This document shows, in pieces, positions 1-10,676 of a stretch of 64,000 nt of DNA. The stretch covers positions 1-64,000 of the forward strand of contig JANNVX010000086.1 in the NCBI GenBank assembly GCA_031414595.1, in the 5' to 3' direction. Position 1 is the stretch's first letter; each line of letters opens with the position of its first letter. A program made the translations under genes and the position numbers. The notes beneath the pieces were generated by a model that ran no database searches, was not told the DNA's origin, and saw only the letters and a list, made by a program, of their open reading frames with translations. This stretch comes from Deinococcales bacterium. Its GTDB lineage: Bacteria > Deinococcota > Deinococci > Deinococcales > JAAFIG01.

Positions 1-140
1 TAGAGCGTGAAGTAAAGACTTGGGTTAAAGAGCGGAATAAGCGCTGTATAAAGATTAATTGGCAATTTTCGATCAAATCTGCTCGGACGAAATTTGCGGA
101 CAGGTATCCAAAGATTACTTCTTAATCCGACGCTGCACTA
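1..140 (+). mobile_element. 3' end of IS630-family insertion sequence (transposase C-terminus plus probable right end)
   Basis: Frame from nt 3 reads EREVKTWVKERNKRCIKINWQFSIKSARTKFADRYPKITS* (stop 123-125), resembling the IS630 tail W..RN....INWQF....AR.K....YP; followed by TCCGACGCTGCACTA ending in TA, the IS630 target dinucleotide. Truncated by the window edge. Confidence 0.75.
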
Positions 141-143
141 AGT

Positions 144-179
144 GCGAACAGCCCGCAGGTGCTGTCTTGTGAGCAAGAA
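144..179. repeat. Single copy of the GCG-N3-AGCCCG / GGTGCT-N9-GCAAGA unit found arrayed at 41817-42014
   Basis: GCGAACAGCCCGCA-GGTGCT-GTCTTGTGA-GCAAGAA has the same conserved blocks and 9-nt variable core as the 41.8 kb array. Confidence 0.55.
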
Positions 180-284
180 AAGGAGTAACAACGAAACGAA
201 ATTAACGTTTGAATGACAATTTGACCGCTTTTTGGTCAAATAAGAGTGATTAAGTTAATTTCGTATAAGCCTTATTCAATAAAT

Positions 285-1265
285 CTAGTACATTTCTGGA
301 AAGATTTTTTTTAACCGAAAAATAAAACCATAAAAAAGACCAAACACTTTATCGGGAATGGCTAAAATAATTATTGTAAAAATTGAAATAAAAGTCCATG
401 AATAATTTTTAATAATTAAATGGCTTGCCAACTTATAATCAATCTCAAAATTACGATTTAAATTATTTATTTTTGCACTCAAAGTAAATCTAAGTAAAAA
501 AACAAGATTTTTTTTTCGACAAATATCAATTGATTCTCGAGAAAAACCCAGATTTTTTGCAAAATCCAAAAGTGCTTCAAATTCTATAATAAACACATTA
601 TAAAAATTATAACCACCACTGTTATGTCCGCGAACAAATAAAGCATTGTCTTCTAAATAATAAATATTGTCATGCCAAATGACTTCTAAAAATAGATATG
701 ATTGACTAATACTACCTTCAAGTTTTTCTGGACTTAAGATGCGTGAAGATAGTTCTCTTCTAAAAATAATGATGGACAAAAAGGTGATTTGAGTTCCTAA
801 AAAAGCCAAGAGGTTATCTTTATCAAACACTTGGCTTTTGCTTTTGAAAACAGGTTTTTTGGCTTGCCTAATGCTATTTTTGAATGGGGCATAGTTGATA
901 ATTAAACCAGACAGGCTGGTATCATTTTTAAGTATTGCAACAATACGACGAAAGGTTTGGGTCACAACCAAATCATCATCTGAAATAATCCAAATAAATC
1001 GCCCAGTGGCGTAGGTACTCACCACTGAAACATTTATTGGTCCGATATTTGAATCTTGATTGATAACTTTCCAAATGAGTTGTGGATAGGTCTGCTCAAA
1101 CTCCTTAACGAGTTCCAAAGTCCGATCTGTAGAAGCATTATTTGAAATCACGATTTCAAATAATTGCCGATCTTCTAAAGAAATAGCATCCACAACCGAC
1201 TGCAAAGAATCCCCTAAGAATTTTGCACGGTTAAAGGTTGGGATACAAATCGAAAGTAGAATCAT
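285..1265 (-). CDS. GT2 glycosyltransferase (RfbV/abequosyltransferase-like)
   Basis: LSICIPTFNR, ISNNASTD and WIISDDD GT-A motifs; very AT-rich; last gene of the dideoxyhexose cluster. Confidence 0.85.
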   Translation of the reverse strand: MILLSICIPTFNRAKFLGDSLQSVVDAISLEDRQLFEIVISNNASTDRTLELVKEFEQTYPQLIWKVINQDSNIGPINVSVVSTYATGRFIWIISDDDLVVTQTFRRIVAILKNDTSLSGLIINYAPFKNSIRQAKKPVFKSKSQVFDKDNLLAFLGTQITFLSIIIFRRELSSRILSPEKLEGSISQSYLFLEVIWHDNIYYLEDNALFVRGHNSGGYNFYNVFIIEFEALLDFAKNLGFSRESIDICRKKNLVFLLRFTLSAKINNLNRNFEIDYKLASHLIIKNYSWTFISIFTIIILAIPDKVFGLFYGFIFRLKKIFPEMY

Positions 1266-2539
1266 TGTACCCTTTGATTTAAGTGCCTATTCACCCAAAT
1301 TGGATTACAAAAAGCAAGTGGTAACAAGGCAATCATTGTGGCTATAGGAGCGCCAATGACACCAATTCTTGGAATGAGAATAAGATTTAAGAGACAATGC
1401 ACAACAAATCCGACCATCAGCCAATAAACTTGGGGCTTGAGAATACCGATACCATTCAATACCACAGAATGCACATTTACCCAAGTCCATAAACACGTCC
1501 AGCAAGCCAAACCAATAACAAGCTCAGGTTCAAATAATTGCTTTCCTGTCCAAAGTTGCACAATTGGTTGATACAGCCAAAGTAAAATAAAACTTGCACT
1601 CATCATGCCCACGATGGTCACCAGACTTGAACGTTGCCAAGCATTTCGCGCCCAAACCCAATCGAGTCTTGCTGTGGCTCGGGTATAAGCGGATTGCAAT
1701 GGCGATAAAAGTGCTAGATGAAGGGTTATCAACACCGAAAATAATCTTTGCAAAATAACAAAATGCCCAACTTGTTCAAGATTGGTCGCGCTGGCTACAA
1801 ACAATGGCAGTGTACCAAAAATGCCAATACCAAAGATTGCGAGTAACCAAAACCAGAGACTCGAGTGCCATAGTTCTTGAAAGGTTCTTTGCAAGTCTAT
1901 GCGGTTTGGCATTTCCAGTTTCCATTGGCGTTTTTGAACAAACCACAGCACTGCAAAAGCATTGAATATAACTGCAACTGTATAGAAGGCAAAAATGGTA
2001 AAACTCAGTTCTGAGGTTCTCGAGACCATCCAAACAGTCAGAGCAAGTACAAGGGCTTGGCTGATGTCGAGAACACCACGCTCAAAGGCTTCTTCGTAAG
2101 CATAAAATACTTGTGTCCCTAAATTAAAAGTAATTGTTAAACCGCAAGCAATTGCAAAAAAGAAAAAAACCAAGCGTGAATTCGTTTCGATATTTGGCAG
2201 TACAAGCATGATTAAACCTACAAGGATTCCAAGTACCGTACCAAAAATCAGCAATAGCAGCGAAATACTCCAAAATAAGCGTGCTTCGAGATTGTCTTGT
2301 CCACCTCGGGCATTGAGGTCGGCTAGTTTTAAGCGCAGTGCTTGCCCAAAACCCAAATCCAAATTGGGCATTAAGGTGTAAATGGTGTAAAGCAAAGCCC
2401 AAAGCCCAAAGGCAGTGGCATCAAGCGTCCGCGCCAGAATTCCCGTAATCAGCAATTGACTGACCGCACTCGAGATTCGCCCACCAAGAGAAGCCATAGA
2501 GCCTAGGGCTAGGCGTTTACTCGAGGCTTCTAGCGTCAT
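1262..2539 (-). CDS. Wzx-like polysaccharide flippase (MOP family)
   Basis: About 12 hydrophobic segments, LDLGFG motif, sugar-cluster context. Confidence 0.8.
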   Translation of the reverse strand: MTLEASSKRLALGSMASLGGRISSAVSQLLITGILARTLDATAFGLWALLYTIYTLMPNLDLGFGQALRLKLADLNARGGQDNLEARLFWSISLLLLIFGTVLGILVGLIMLVLPNIETNSRLVFFFFAIACGLTITFNLGTQVFYAYEEAFERGVLDISQALVLALTVWMVSRTSELSFTIFAFYTVAVIFNAFAVLWFVQKRQWKLEMPNRIDLQRTFQELWHSSLWFWLLAIFGIGIFGTLPLFVASATNLEQVGHFVILQRLFSVLITLHLALLSPLQSAYTRATARLDWVWARNAWQRSSLVTIVGMMSASFILLWLYQPIVQLWTGKQLFEPELVIGLACWTCLWTWVNVHSVVLNGIGILKPQVYWLMVGFVVHCLLNLILIPRIGVIGAPIATMIALLPLAFCNPIWVNRHLNQRVQ

Positions 2540-2541
2540 GA

Positions 2542-4272
2542 TTATGTGCCTTCCATTTCGAGTGGTTGAAATTCGGGTTCCATACCAGTAATCGGTTGAC
2601 CAAAAGCAATTTTAGGATAAACATTGGTATTGGTGTCGATCATGATTTGTAAGAGTTGTGGTTTGTTTGGTTCAATCCAAAGCCACTCGAGGGCTGCTTT
2701 AATTTCTTCTTCTCGAGATATTGTTTGCGCCTCAATACCATAAGCCAGAGCCACTCGAGTAAAATCAGGTGCATCGTAACCCCAGAGTGTAGATTGGTAA
2801 CGTTCATGAAAATAAGATTGTTGGAATTGCCTAACCATACCGTGGGTCTGATTGTTAATAATAATAATTTTCATGGGTAATTGATTACGGACAATGGTTT
2901 GTAATTCTTGGATGTTGCATTGAAAACCACCATCACCTGCTATTACAACCACAGGAGCTTGATTGGCAAAAGCAGCACCGATAGCGGCTGGCAAGGCAAA
3001 GCCCATTGACCCCATACCGCCAGAGGTTAAAAAGCGCTGATGAGCGGCAATCTCGAGTGATTGGGCTGCCCACATTTGATGCTGACCAACATCTACAACA
3101 AAAGCACTGCTGAGGCTCGAGGCTTGAGACAGTTGGTGCATGAACATATTTGGATTGATGCCAGAAATATCTTTTAACTCGAGAGTATCGGCGTACTCAA
3201 GCTGCATTTCAGTTAATTGTTGCCGCCAACCTGAAAAATCTGTTTTCTCGAGCCAAGTGCTATTTGTCTTGATTGCAGCCTCGAGAAACGAAAGTAGGTT
3301 CTCGGTCAGCGTTTCACAACCAACTACACGGTTGTTCATTTCGGCGGTTTGGACATCCACATGAAAAATTGTTTTCTCACCTTTGAATTCTTTGGTCATT
3401 GCCCCTGTTTGACGCACATCCAAGCGGCTACCGAGGACAATTAGTAAGTCTGATTCGCCAATTGCAAGGTTTGCCCAACGATTACCATAACTACCAATCA
3501 TCCCAACATGTAGTGGGTGTGAATGAGCAATGGTATCTACACCCATCAGCGAGTAGACAACGGGTACACCTAGACGCTCGGCAAACTCAAGGAAGGCGTT
3601 ACTGGCTCGAGATGCACGAACACCACCACCAGCCAGTATCAAAGGTTTCTTGGCTTGTTGTAGTGCTTGCCCAAGTTCTTGTAAGAAAATAGTGCGTTCT
3701 GGATTCTCAAGAGATGGCTTTTTCAACTCGAGTTTTGGAACGCTCGGTTCACCAATTTCGACCCGTTGGACATCCATTGGAATATCAAGCAGCACAGGTC
3801 CTGGTCTGCCCTCGAGGGCTAATTGAAAAGCCTTATGGAGTATTTCTGGGAAGTCTTCAGGGTTCTGGACTTGCCAAGCTGCTTTGGTGATGGGTTTGAC
3901 CATACTGATAATATCGGTTTCTTGAAAGCCTAGTTGCCGAATGGCTTTATCGCCTTTTTGTTCATGTCGGTTGACTTGCCCGGTGATAAAAACAGTCGGT
4001 ACAGAATCAAAGTAACAACTGCCAATACTGGTCAGTAAATTGGTTGCGCCAGGTCCACTGGTGGCAAGTGCAACACCAGGTAAGCCTTTGATTCGCGCCC
4101 AGCCTTCAGCCGCAAAAGCAGCCCCTTGTTCGTGGTGCATAGAAATAATTTTAATGCTTGTGTGCTGATAAATTGAATCAAGCATAAAAGTAATCATGCC
4201 GCCAACCAATTCAAACACATGCGTTACACCTTGTTGCTCGAGGTATTTACTGAGGTAGTCGGCTACTTTCAT
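2542..4272 (-). CDS. ThDP-dependent acetolactate-synthase-like enzyme, YerE-like
   Basis: HHEQGAAFAAEG, TSGPGATN and GDGG...NN ThDP motifs; ATG 4272 overlaps the upstream stop; lies inside the CDP-sugar operon. Confidence 0.85.
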   Translation of the reverse strand: MKVADYLSKYLEQQGVTHVFELVGGMITFMLDSIYQHTSIKIISMHHEQGAAFAAEGWARIKGLPGVALATSGPGATNLLTSIGSCYFDSVPTVFITGQVNRHEQKGDKAIRQLGFQETDIISMVKPITKAAWQVQNPEDFPEILHKAFQLALEGRPGPVLLDIPMDVQRVEIGEPSVPKLELKKPSLENPERTIFLQELGQALQQAKKPLILAGGGVRASRASNAFLEFAERLGVPVVYSLMGVDTIAHSHPLHVGMIGSYGNRWANLAIGESDLLIVLGSRLDVRQTGAMTKEFKGEKTIFHVDVQTAEMNNRVVGCETLTENLLSFLEAAIKTNSTWLEKTDFSGWRQQLTEMQLEYADTLELKDISGINPNMFMHQLSQASSLSSAFVVDVGQHQMWAAQSLEIAAHQRFLTSGGMGSMGFALPAAIGAAFANQAPVVVIAGDGGFQCNIQELQTIVRNQLPMKIIIINNQTHGMVRQFQQSYFHERYQSTLWGYDAPDFTRVALAYGIEAQTISREEEIKAALEWLWIEPNKPQLLQIMIDTNTNVYPKIAFGQPITGMEPEFQPLEMEGT

Positions 4273-5300
4273 ATTGTTTGCCACCAATCTATAGTCCGCT
4301 TGATGCTGTCTTGAAGTGAAATTTCAACCTGTAAACCCAGTTCGTTTCTGATTCGGTCAATCTTTGGTACGTACCTCGAGATGGTTTTATCTGGTTGTGA
4401 TTGGGCAACTTTAATACTCGAACCTTGAAATTCTGCACTGACAGCTTGGGCAGTCTCGAGGATTGAATGGCTGTCATCGCTTCCAACATTATAGGCTCGA
4501 GTCGATGCGCCATGAAATAAAATTTTGAATAACCAAACGGTGTGTTCTGCCATGTATAAATATGAACGAGTTGGTGTTCCATCGCCAAGGATTTGAATTG
4601 GTTGCTGCTGCATGGCTTGTCTGATAAAATTGCCAATCGCAAAGTGTGAATCGAGTGGTAAATGAGCGCCTAGTACAGCAAAAGTTCGGCTAATTTTAAA
4701 GTCCAAATCAAATTCTAGTTTGGCAGAGTGAAAGAGTAATTCTGAAACTCGTTTAGCTTCACCGTAAGCGGCATTGTGTTTCGAGACATCTGGAGCGCCA
4801 AGGTACGTTTCTGGTACATGAGTCATATCCGATGGAATTTGACCATAAACCGCACCACTCGAGGTGAATAAAACTTTGGCTTTTGGGTTTACTTGACAAA
4901 GTTCTATAAAATGTTTGGTTGCTTCGAGTTGCTGCTTAAAAACTTTGCCAGCTACATTTGCGCTGGTGTTCTGCACTTCGGCTGCTGCATGAATCATAAA
5001 GTCAATCGGTTCTTTGGGAAATACAAATGAACTTGCATCGCCTTGAATCCACTGTAAATCTTGGTGATTACCGAGGTGTGGCATGGTAGTTTTGAATTGC
5101 TGTGGGTCTCGAGAGAGGGCTGTGATTCTAAATTTTGTATTAAATTTTTTATTAGATTCAAGTAGTGTTTCGAGAAACCATTTACCAAATAAGCCTGTTG
5201 CACCTGTGATAAACCAATGTGTGCCGCTTTGCGCCTTGAAATCTGTTTCAAGGCGGTCAAGCATAAAGTCATAGTCTACGGGTAACAATTGTTTCATCAA
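4269..5300 (-). CDS. NAD-dependent epimerase/dehydratase (extended SDR), YerF-like candidate
   Basis: [16 protein letters not shown] and YGEAK motifs. Confidence 0.85.
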   Translation of the reverse strand: MMKQLLPVDYDFMLDRLETDFKAQSGTHWFITGATGLFGKWFLETLLESNKKFNTKFRITALSRDPQQFKTTMPHLGNHQDLQWIQGDASSFVFPKEPIDFMIHAAAEVQNTSANVAGKVFKQQLEATKHFIELCQVNPKAKVLFTSSGAVYGQIPSDMTHVPETYLGAPDVSKHNAAYGEAKRVSELLFHSAKLEFDLDFKISRTFAVLGAHLPLDSHFAIGNFIRQAMQQQPIQILGDGTPTRSYLYMAEHTVWLFKILFHGASTRAYNVGSDDSHSILETAQAVSAEFQGSSIKVAQSQPDKTISRYVPKIDRIRNELGLQVEISLQDSIKRTIDWWQTI

Positions 5301-6610
5301 ATTCCCAAGCCACTTTTCATACTCGAGACAATAAAGTCAAGCATTTCTCGAGATAAACCGGGGTACACCCCAATCCAAAACGTCTGATTCATCACCCGAT
5401 CAGTTTGAGTGCTACCACCCACCACCCGATGCACTACATCTTTATAAGCTGGTTGCTGCAGTAAATTCCCTCCGAATAATAACCGTGTACCTATTTTGTG
5501 CTTTTCTAAATGTTGCACCAAAGCATTTCTTGAGACTGGTGCATCTTCACGCACTGTAATTGGGAATCCAAACCAACTTGGCTCAGAGTTTAGTGTAGCT
5601 TCGGGAAGCACAAGGTACTGCTCGAGTGGGCGTAATTGCTCGAGTAAATAATCAAAGTTCTCGCGGCGCTTGGCTATAAAACCATCTAATTTCTCGAGTT
5701 GTGCCACACCAACGGCTGCCTGCATATCCGAGAGTTTGAGGTTATACCCAATGTGGCTGTAGGTGTACTTATGGTCATAGCCATGCGGGAGTTCGCCAAG
5801 TTGCCAGTCAAAGCGTTTACCACAAGTATTGTCCACACCCGGCTCGCACCAACAGTCACGTCCCCAATCGCGGAAGGATTCAACCAGTTTTTTTAAGAGT
5901 GGGTTATTGGTCAGTACCGCCCCACCTTCACCCATGGTGATGTGATGCGCTGGGTAGAAACTAATGGTGGCAAGGTCGCCAAACGTTCCGACTTTTTGAC
6001 CGTTATAGGTTGCACCCAAAGCATCACAGGAATCTTCGATCACCCATAAGTTATGACGTTTAGCGGTTTCCATGACGGCAGCCACATTAAATGGATTACC
6101 CAAGGTATGGGCAATCATTATTGCTTTGGTTTTGCTCGAGATGGCTGCCTCGAGATGGGTGGTATCTATATTATAGGTCGGAATATGAGCATCTAAAAAG
6201 ACTGGCACAAGGTTATTTTGGACAATTGGATTGACTGTGGTAGGGAAGCCCTCGGCGGCGGTAATCACTTCGTCACCGGGCAGCAAACGGCGGTTCTCGA
6301 GCAAAGGGCTGGTCAGGGCAGACAACGCCACCAGATTGGCACTCGAGCCAGAATTGACCAACAAGCACGAACGAACCCCGAACCACTTAGCGAATTCGCG
6401 CTCGAACTGCTTGGCAAAACGCCCTGTGGTCAGCCAAAAATCGAGGCTCGAGTCAACAAGATGCTGCATTTCGGTGTGGTCAAAGACTTTGCCTGAAACA
6501 GGAACAGCACTCTCATTTGGTGTGAAGGTTTTATTGGGGAATGCCACACTGTGGTATTCGCGTACCAACTCGAGAATTTGTGAACGAATTTCTTCTTTGC
6601 TTCGGTTCAT
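5297..6610 (-). CDS. rfbH: CDP-4-keto-6-deoxyglucose 3-dehydrase E1 (DdhC)
   Basis: [29 protein letters not shown] (His in place of the PLP Lys), [18 protein letters not shown]; start set at MNRSKEE. Confidence 0.95.
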   Translation of the reverse strand: MNRSKEEIRSQILELVREYHSVAFPNKTFTPNESAVPVSGKVFDHTEMQHLVDSSLDFWLTTGRFAKQFEREFAKWFGVRSCLLVNSGSSANLVALSALTSPLLENRRLLPGDEVITAAEGFPTTVNPIVQNNLVPVFLDAHIPTYNIDTTHLEAAISSKTKAIMIAHTLGNPFNVAAVMETAKRHNLWVIEDSCDALGATYNGQKVGTFGDLATISFYPAHHITMGEGGAVLTNNPLLKKLVESFRDWGRDCWCEPGVDNTCGKRFDWQLGELPHGYDHKYTYSHIGYNLKLSDMQAAVGVAQLEKLDGFIAKRRENFDYLLEQLRPLEQYLVLPEATLNSEPSWFGFPITVREDAPVSRNALVQHLEKHKIGTRLLFGGNLLQQPAYKDVVHRVVGGSTQTDRVMNQTFWIGVYPGLSREMLDFIVSSMKSGLGI

Positions 6611-7557
6611 GATGCACCTAATAACTTTTTGTACCAAGGAATGGTTTTCTCGAGACCCCCATGCAAGGTGTGTGCGGCAGTCCAACCGAGTAGACGCTTG
6701 GCTTTGCTCGAGTCGAGGTATTGGTCTTGAATCTCGAATTTGGCGGTGTTTTCGATGATTGGTGCAAGGTGTTTAGCGTTCATGACTTCAAGCACTGCAT
6801 CTACAATCTCGAGAACCGTAAATGGTTTTTCTGGCGAGAAATTAAAGCCTTGTCCACGAATACCATCTTGGTTTGAGGCAAGTGCTAAAAACGCATCCAC
6901 CACATCTTCAACAAACAAATAATCACGCTGCATTGTGCCGTCTGAACGCAGTTTAATCGGTTGATTCTCGAGGGTTGCTTTGATTGTTCCGGGGATAATC
7001 CGACTCCAATTTAAGTCGCCAGCCCCATAAATGTTGCCGCAACGAGCAATCGTGACTGGCATATCGTAAGTGTGGGCGTAAGTCTGGGCGATAATGTCGG
7101 TACAGGTTTTACTGGCATCGTAGGGGTGTAAACCACGCAAGGGCATATCCTCGGTGTAGGGCAGCACAGGACTATCGCCGTAAGCCTTGTCGCTCGAGGC
7201 AATAACAATCCGCTTGACTTGTTGTTCACGGCAAACCTCGAGCAGTTGGTATGTACCCCTAATGTTGGCTTCAAAGGTCTCGAGTGGGTTGCGTAAAGCT
7301 GTGCCAACAATGGTTTGTGCGCCGAGATGAAACACCGTGTCTATTTCAAATTTACCGATGGCGCGACGCAGTGCAGTTATATCCTCGAGTGCGCCATTAA
7401 CCACATTGATTTTTTCAATATCCCCGGAGCGAATCAGTTCAGATTGCGTGTCCCAGTCCTGAACCAATGCCACCACATATTTGTGCTGCTCGAGTAAACG
7501 CCGCACCAAACTCGAGCCAACCATGCCAGTTGCGCCCGTTACTAAAATGCGGTTCAT
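6607..7557 (-). CDS. rfbG: CDP-glucose 4,6-dehydratase-like SDR
   Basis: [16 protein letters not shown] and YDASK motifs; sits between rfbF and rfbH; ATG 7557 overlaps the rfbF stop. Confidence 0.75.
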   Translation of the reverse strand: MNRILVTGATGMVGSSLVRRLLEQHKYVVALVQDWDTQSELIRSGDIEKINVVNGALEDITALRRAIGKFEIDTVFHLGAQTIVGTALRNPLETFEANIRGTYQLLEVCREQQVKRIVIASSDKAYGDSPVLPYTEDMPLRGLHPYDASKTCTDIIAQTYAHTYDMPVTIARCGNIYGAGDLNWSRIIPGTIKATLENQPIKLRSDGTMQRDYLFVEDVVDAFLALASNQDGIRGQGFNFSPEKPFTVLEIVDAVLEVMNAKHLAPIIENTAKFEIQDQYLDSSKAKRLLGWTAAHTLHGGLEKTIPWYKKLLGAS

Positions 7558-8327
7558 GCCCAGACCTTCCACGGAGCATGACCAGATTGCCATAAATCCT
7601 CGAGAATTCGCTTTTCCCGCAGGGTGTCCATTGGTTGCCAGAATCCAGCGTGCTGAAATGCCATCAGTTGATGTTCAGTTGCTAGTTTCTCGAGTGGGTC
7701 GCGTTCCCAGTAGGTCTCATCGCCACTAATATACTCAAGGATTTCTCGCTCGAGGACAAAGTAACCGCCGTTAATCCAACCTTCGCCAGTCTGCGGTTTT
7801 TCGACAAAGGATTTGATTTGATCGCCGTCTACCAGCACCTCACCGAATCTTGAAGGCGGGCGGACGGCGGTCATGGTGGCGTATTTACCGTGGTTTTGGT
7901 GAAATTCAAGCAGGGCTTTTATGTTCACATCGGCGACACCATCACCGTAGGTCAACATAAAAGTCTGGTCATTGCCAAGCCATTTTTTGATGCGTTTAAC
8001 CCGTCCGCCAGTTTGGGTATTTAAGCCAGTATCCACTAGATGGACAATCCAATTGGGTTGCCGACCATGATGAATTTCTGTTTTTCCAGACGATAAATCT
8101 ATGGTGATGTCATTATTTTTGGCATAAAAATTGAGGAAATACTCTTTAACAAATTCGCTCATGTACCCAAGGGCAACAATAAATTCGTTTACACCATGAT
8201 GGGCGTAGGTGTTCATGATGTGCCAAAGAATCGGTTTGCCGCCAATTTCAACCATTGGTTTAGGGCGAACACTGGTTTCCTCGGACAAGCGTGTGCCGAG
8301 TCCACCAGCCAGAATGACAGCTTTCAT
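7554..8327 (-). CDS. rfbF: Glucose-1-phosphate cytidylyltransferase
   Basis: LAGGLGTRLSEET..RPKPMVEIG, TYGDGV, FWQPMDTLR, APWKVW. Confidence 0.95.
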   Translation of the reverse strand: MKAVILAGGLGTRLSEETSVRPKPMVEIGGKPILWHIMNTYAHHGVNEFIVALGYMSEFVKEYFLNFYAKNNDITIDLSSGKTEIHHGRQPNWIVHLVDTGLNTQTGGRVKRIKKWLGNDQTFMLTYGDGVADVNIKALLEFHQNHGKYATMTAVRPPSRFGEVLVDGDQIKSFVEKPQTGEGWINGGYFVLEREILEYISGDETYWERDPLEKLATEHQLMAFQHAGFWQPMDTLREKRILEDLWQSGHAPWKVWA

Positions 8328-8389
8328 AACTTTAGAATACCAGTAAAAAATACATTGGTGTGTGCAGAAGTAGTGTTACTGTTGACCAC

Positions 8390-9544
8390 ATGTTAAACTC
8401 GGGTACGAAGCGCTTTTTTTGGCTTGGTTTTTTACTGTTTTTCTTGGTCGCATGTCCACCAGTCCCAACCCTACAAGGCGATGTGACCAGCCAACTCGAG
8501 ACACTTAATAATCCCTATCTGCATCCAGACCCCTTCTCGAGAAACGTCTGGGATTTACAAGTTGTGCAAGACCGTGTCCTGATTGCTTCCGGCGACGCAT
8601 GGAAGAATTCTGGCACAAACATCCAAAAAATTGATGTCGTGTCCTACTCGAGTAACAATTTTTTCACCAAAGAATTTACGGTAGATGATGAACAGATTCA
8701 TCGTTTTATTGTGGCTGGCGCGAAAGTGCTGATTCCGGGCTTTGACCCGCTCGAAGATTGGAGTTTGGGTAATTTTTATACCCTCGAGACAGGCTGCCTT
8801 GCTCCTGTGCCGTGTTGGTCTAAGTCCCGAACTATTCCATTTGGGGTACATACTTACGATTTAATCGAATTTGAGAATAAACTCTTTGTAATGATAGGTG
8901 GTTATGAAACCAAATCGGGCTTGCTCGAGTCAGACGATGCTGGGCTAACTTGGAAATCGGTGACGACTCCAGAACTCTTAGGTTTGACTTTTACGCGGTT
9001 TTTTGTGTTTGACAAAGAATTATTTGCTGTCCAAGAAGTTCGGGCAGACTCGAGTAGCACTGGGCTTGCGAAGTACCACAATGGGGTGTTCTCGAGTGCT
9101 GGGTTATTAGACAAAAACCTTGTGCCAGACTTGCCAGACACATGGCGTGGGCGCTTAGGGCGAATCAGTACCTTTAAGAATCGGCTTTTGTACACGGCAG
9201 CCAGTCTTGGGGTCAATGTTGCGCTGCCCGAAGCAGTCTATTCAGCCGCTTCACTAAGTAGTGCCGAACGCATTGCGTTGCGAATTGATGAGCATCCAAC
9301 TGACCTGTTGATTCTCGAGAACAAAGTGGTTTTGCTGACCACCCAAACCCAAGCTAGTCAATACACCAACCGCTTGTACACCTCGAGTGATGGTCTGAAT
9401 TTCAAGGAACAATTTTTATTTACTTCAAATCGGTTTGCCCGAAGTATCGAGCGACTTGGAGCAGCTTGGATTTTTGGTTTGGGTTGTCTCGAGTCCGAAA
9501 ATTGCGCTGAAGCTGGGGCTTTACTGCGTTTGACTGCGCGATAA
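8390..9544 (+). CDS. Hypothetical lipoprotein, beta-propeller-like
   Basis: Lipobox LVAC; Asp-box-like SDDAGLTW and SSDGLNF; TACTGT 7 nt before ATG 8390. Confidence 0.7.
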   Translation: MLNSGTKRFFWLGFLLFFLVACPPVPTLQGDVTSQLETLNNPYLHPDPFSRNVWDLQVVQDRVLIASGDAWKNSGTNIQKIDVVSYSSNNFFTKEFTVDDEQIHRFIVAGAKVLIPGFDPLEDWSLGNFYTLETGCLAPVPCWSKSRTIPFGVHTYDLIEFENKLFVMIGGYETKSGLLESDDAGLTWKSVTTPELLGLTFTRFFVFDKELFAVQEVRADSSSTGLAKYHNGVFSSAGLLDKNLVPDLPDTWRGRLGRISTFKNRLLYTAASLGVNVALPEAVYSAASLSSAERIALRIDEHPTDLLILENKVVLLTTQTQASQYTNRLYTSSDGLNFKEQFLFTSNRFARSIERLGAAWIFGLGCLESENCAEAGALLRLTAR

Positions 9545-10006
9545 GCGGCTAAAAGCAATCCAATCGGTGGCAACTGCTTGATGTCCAAGTAAACGAAGCA
9601 TCATCATGATTTGCCCTCGGTGGTACGTGCCGTGATTGACCACATGCCGAGCGATTTCTTCAAAACTATTGGTGTACCCAGCGCCATCAAAGGCTTGGTA
9701 CTGGATTTCTTGTTGCGGGTCGTGTTGCACAATCAGTTGCGCCCAATTTTGTTGGACTGGTTGCCAAGCAGCGCGAATCAAAGCAATGTGTGAAAAGTCT
9801 TTTGGATTGGGGCGGGTAAATTCGGCATGGCGGATGCGGTGCGCCCAAGCATTATCTGCCATTAAGCAATGTACTAAAGTGTCACGAATGCTGGAAAAGC
9901 TATTGCCAAGGTCTTTGGTGAATTCTTCGGGACTTAAAACCTCACAGACCTCGAGTGTACGGGCTGTTGCCCACTGGTGAAATTTCCATGCACTGATTAA
10001 GTCCAT
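9521..10006 (-). CDS. DinB family protein
   Basis: SIRDTLVH and HVVNHGTYHRGQ motifs. Confidence 0.9.
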   Translation of the reverse strand: MDLISAWKFHQWATARTLEVCEVLSPEEFTKDLGNSFSSIRDTLVHCLMADNAWAHRIRHAEFTRPNPKDFSHIALIRAAWQPVQQNWAQLIVQHDPQQEIQYQAFDGAGYTNSFEEIARHVVNHGTYHRGQIMMMLRLLGHQAVATDWIAFSRLSRSQTQ

Positions 10007-10009
10007 GGT

Positions 10010-10573
10010 TTAGTCTACTTCTTTCCAACGGCTGCTTCGGGTGTTTTCAATACCCAATTGGTCTAGCACTCGAGCCGTAATAAAACCAAGTAAATCTTTG
10101 ATACTTTGTGGGTTTCCATAAAATCCGGGGTTGGCGGCTAAAATTCTTGCGCCCGCATCATAGGCTTTGAGCATTGATTCAAGCATTGGTCTCGAGTAGG
10201 GAGTTTCGCGTGGCACAAGCACCAACGGACGACGTTCTTTGAGGTGGACATGGGCAGCCCTTGTAATCAGGGTGTCCGCCATGCCGTGGGCGATTTTAGC
10301 GAGGGTACTGGCACTACAAGGAATCACCACCATGCCAAGGGTACGAAAAGACCCACTGGCGATACCTGCGCCAACGTCACGGTCATCATGAACTTGACTG
10401 GCTAAAGCACTTACATCCCTTGGGTTCATCCCAAGTTCTTGTGCCAAAACCCGTTTTGCCCCTTCGGAAATAATCAGGTGGGTCTCGAGGGCTAGATTTT
10501 GGCTGGTCTCGAGAAAATCTAAGGCGTACTGAATTCCACTTGCTCCAGTCATTCCAATCACAAGTCGCTGCAT
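10010..10573 (-). CDS. ubiX: Flavin prenyltransferase UbiX family
   Basis: GMTGASG, ASGSF, PCSASTLAKIA, LKERRPLVLVPRETP. Confidence 0.92.
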   Translation of the reverse strand: MQRLVIGMTGASGIQYALDFLETSQNLALETHLIISEGAKRVLAQELGMNPRDVSALASQVHDDRDVGAGIASGSFRTLGMVVIPCSASTLAKIAHGMADTLITRAAHVHLKERRPLVLVPRETPYSRPMLESMLKAYDAGARILAANPGFYGNPQSIKDLLGFITARVLDQLGIENTRSSRWKEVD

Positions 10574-10676
10574 ATAAAAATTCTGACACAAGAAGCGCGG
10601 GACGATTATTCATCCGTGTTCACATAGAAGCGTTAAACTATTCAAACCACCCTGCGTGGTCTGAAAGGTTATAAGT

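Noticed and set aside
2542-4272. Housekeeping ilvB
   Set aside because: No ilvN or ilvC nearby and it is translationally coupled inside a CDP-sugar operon.
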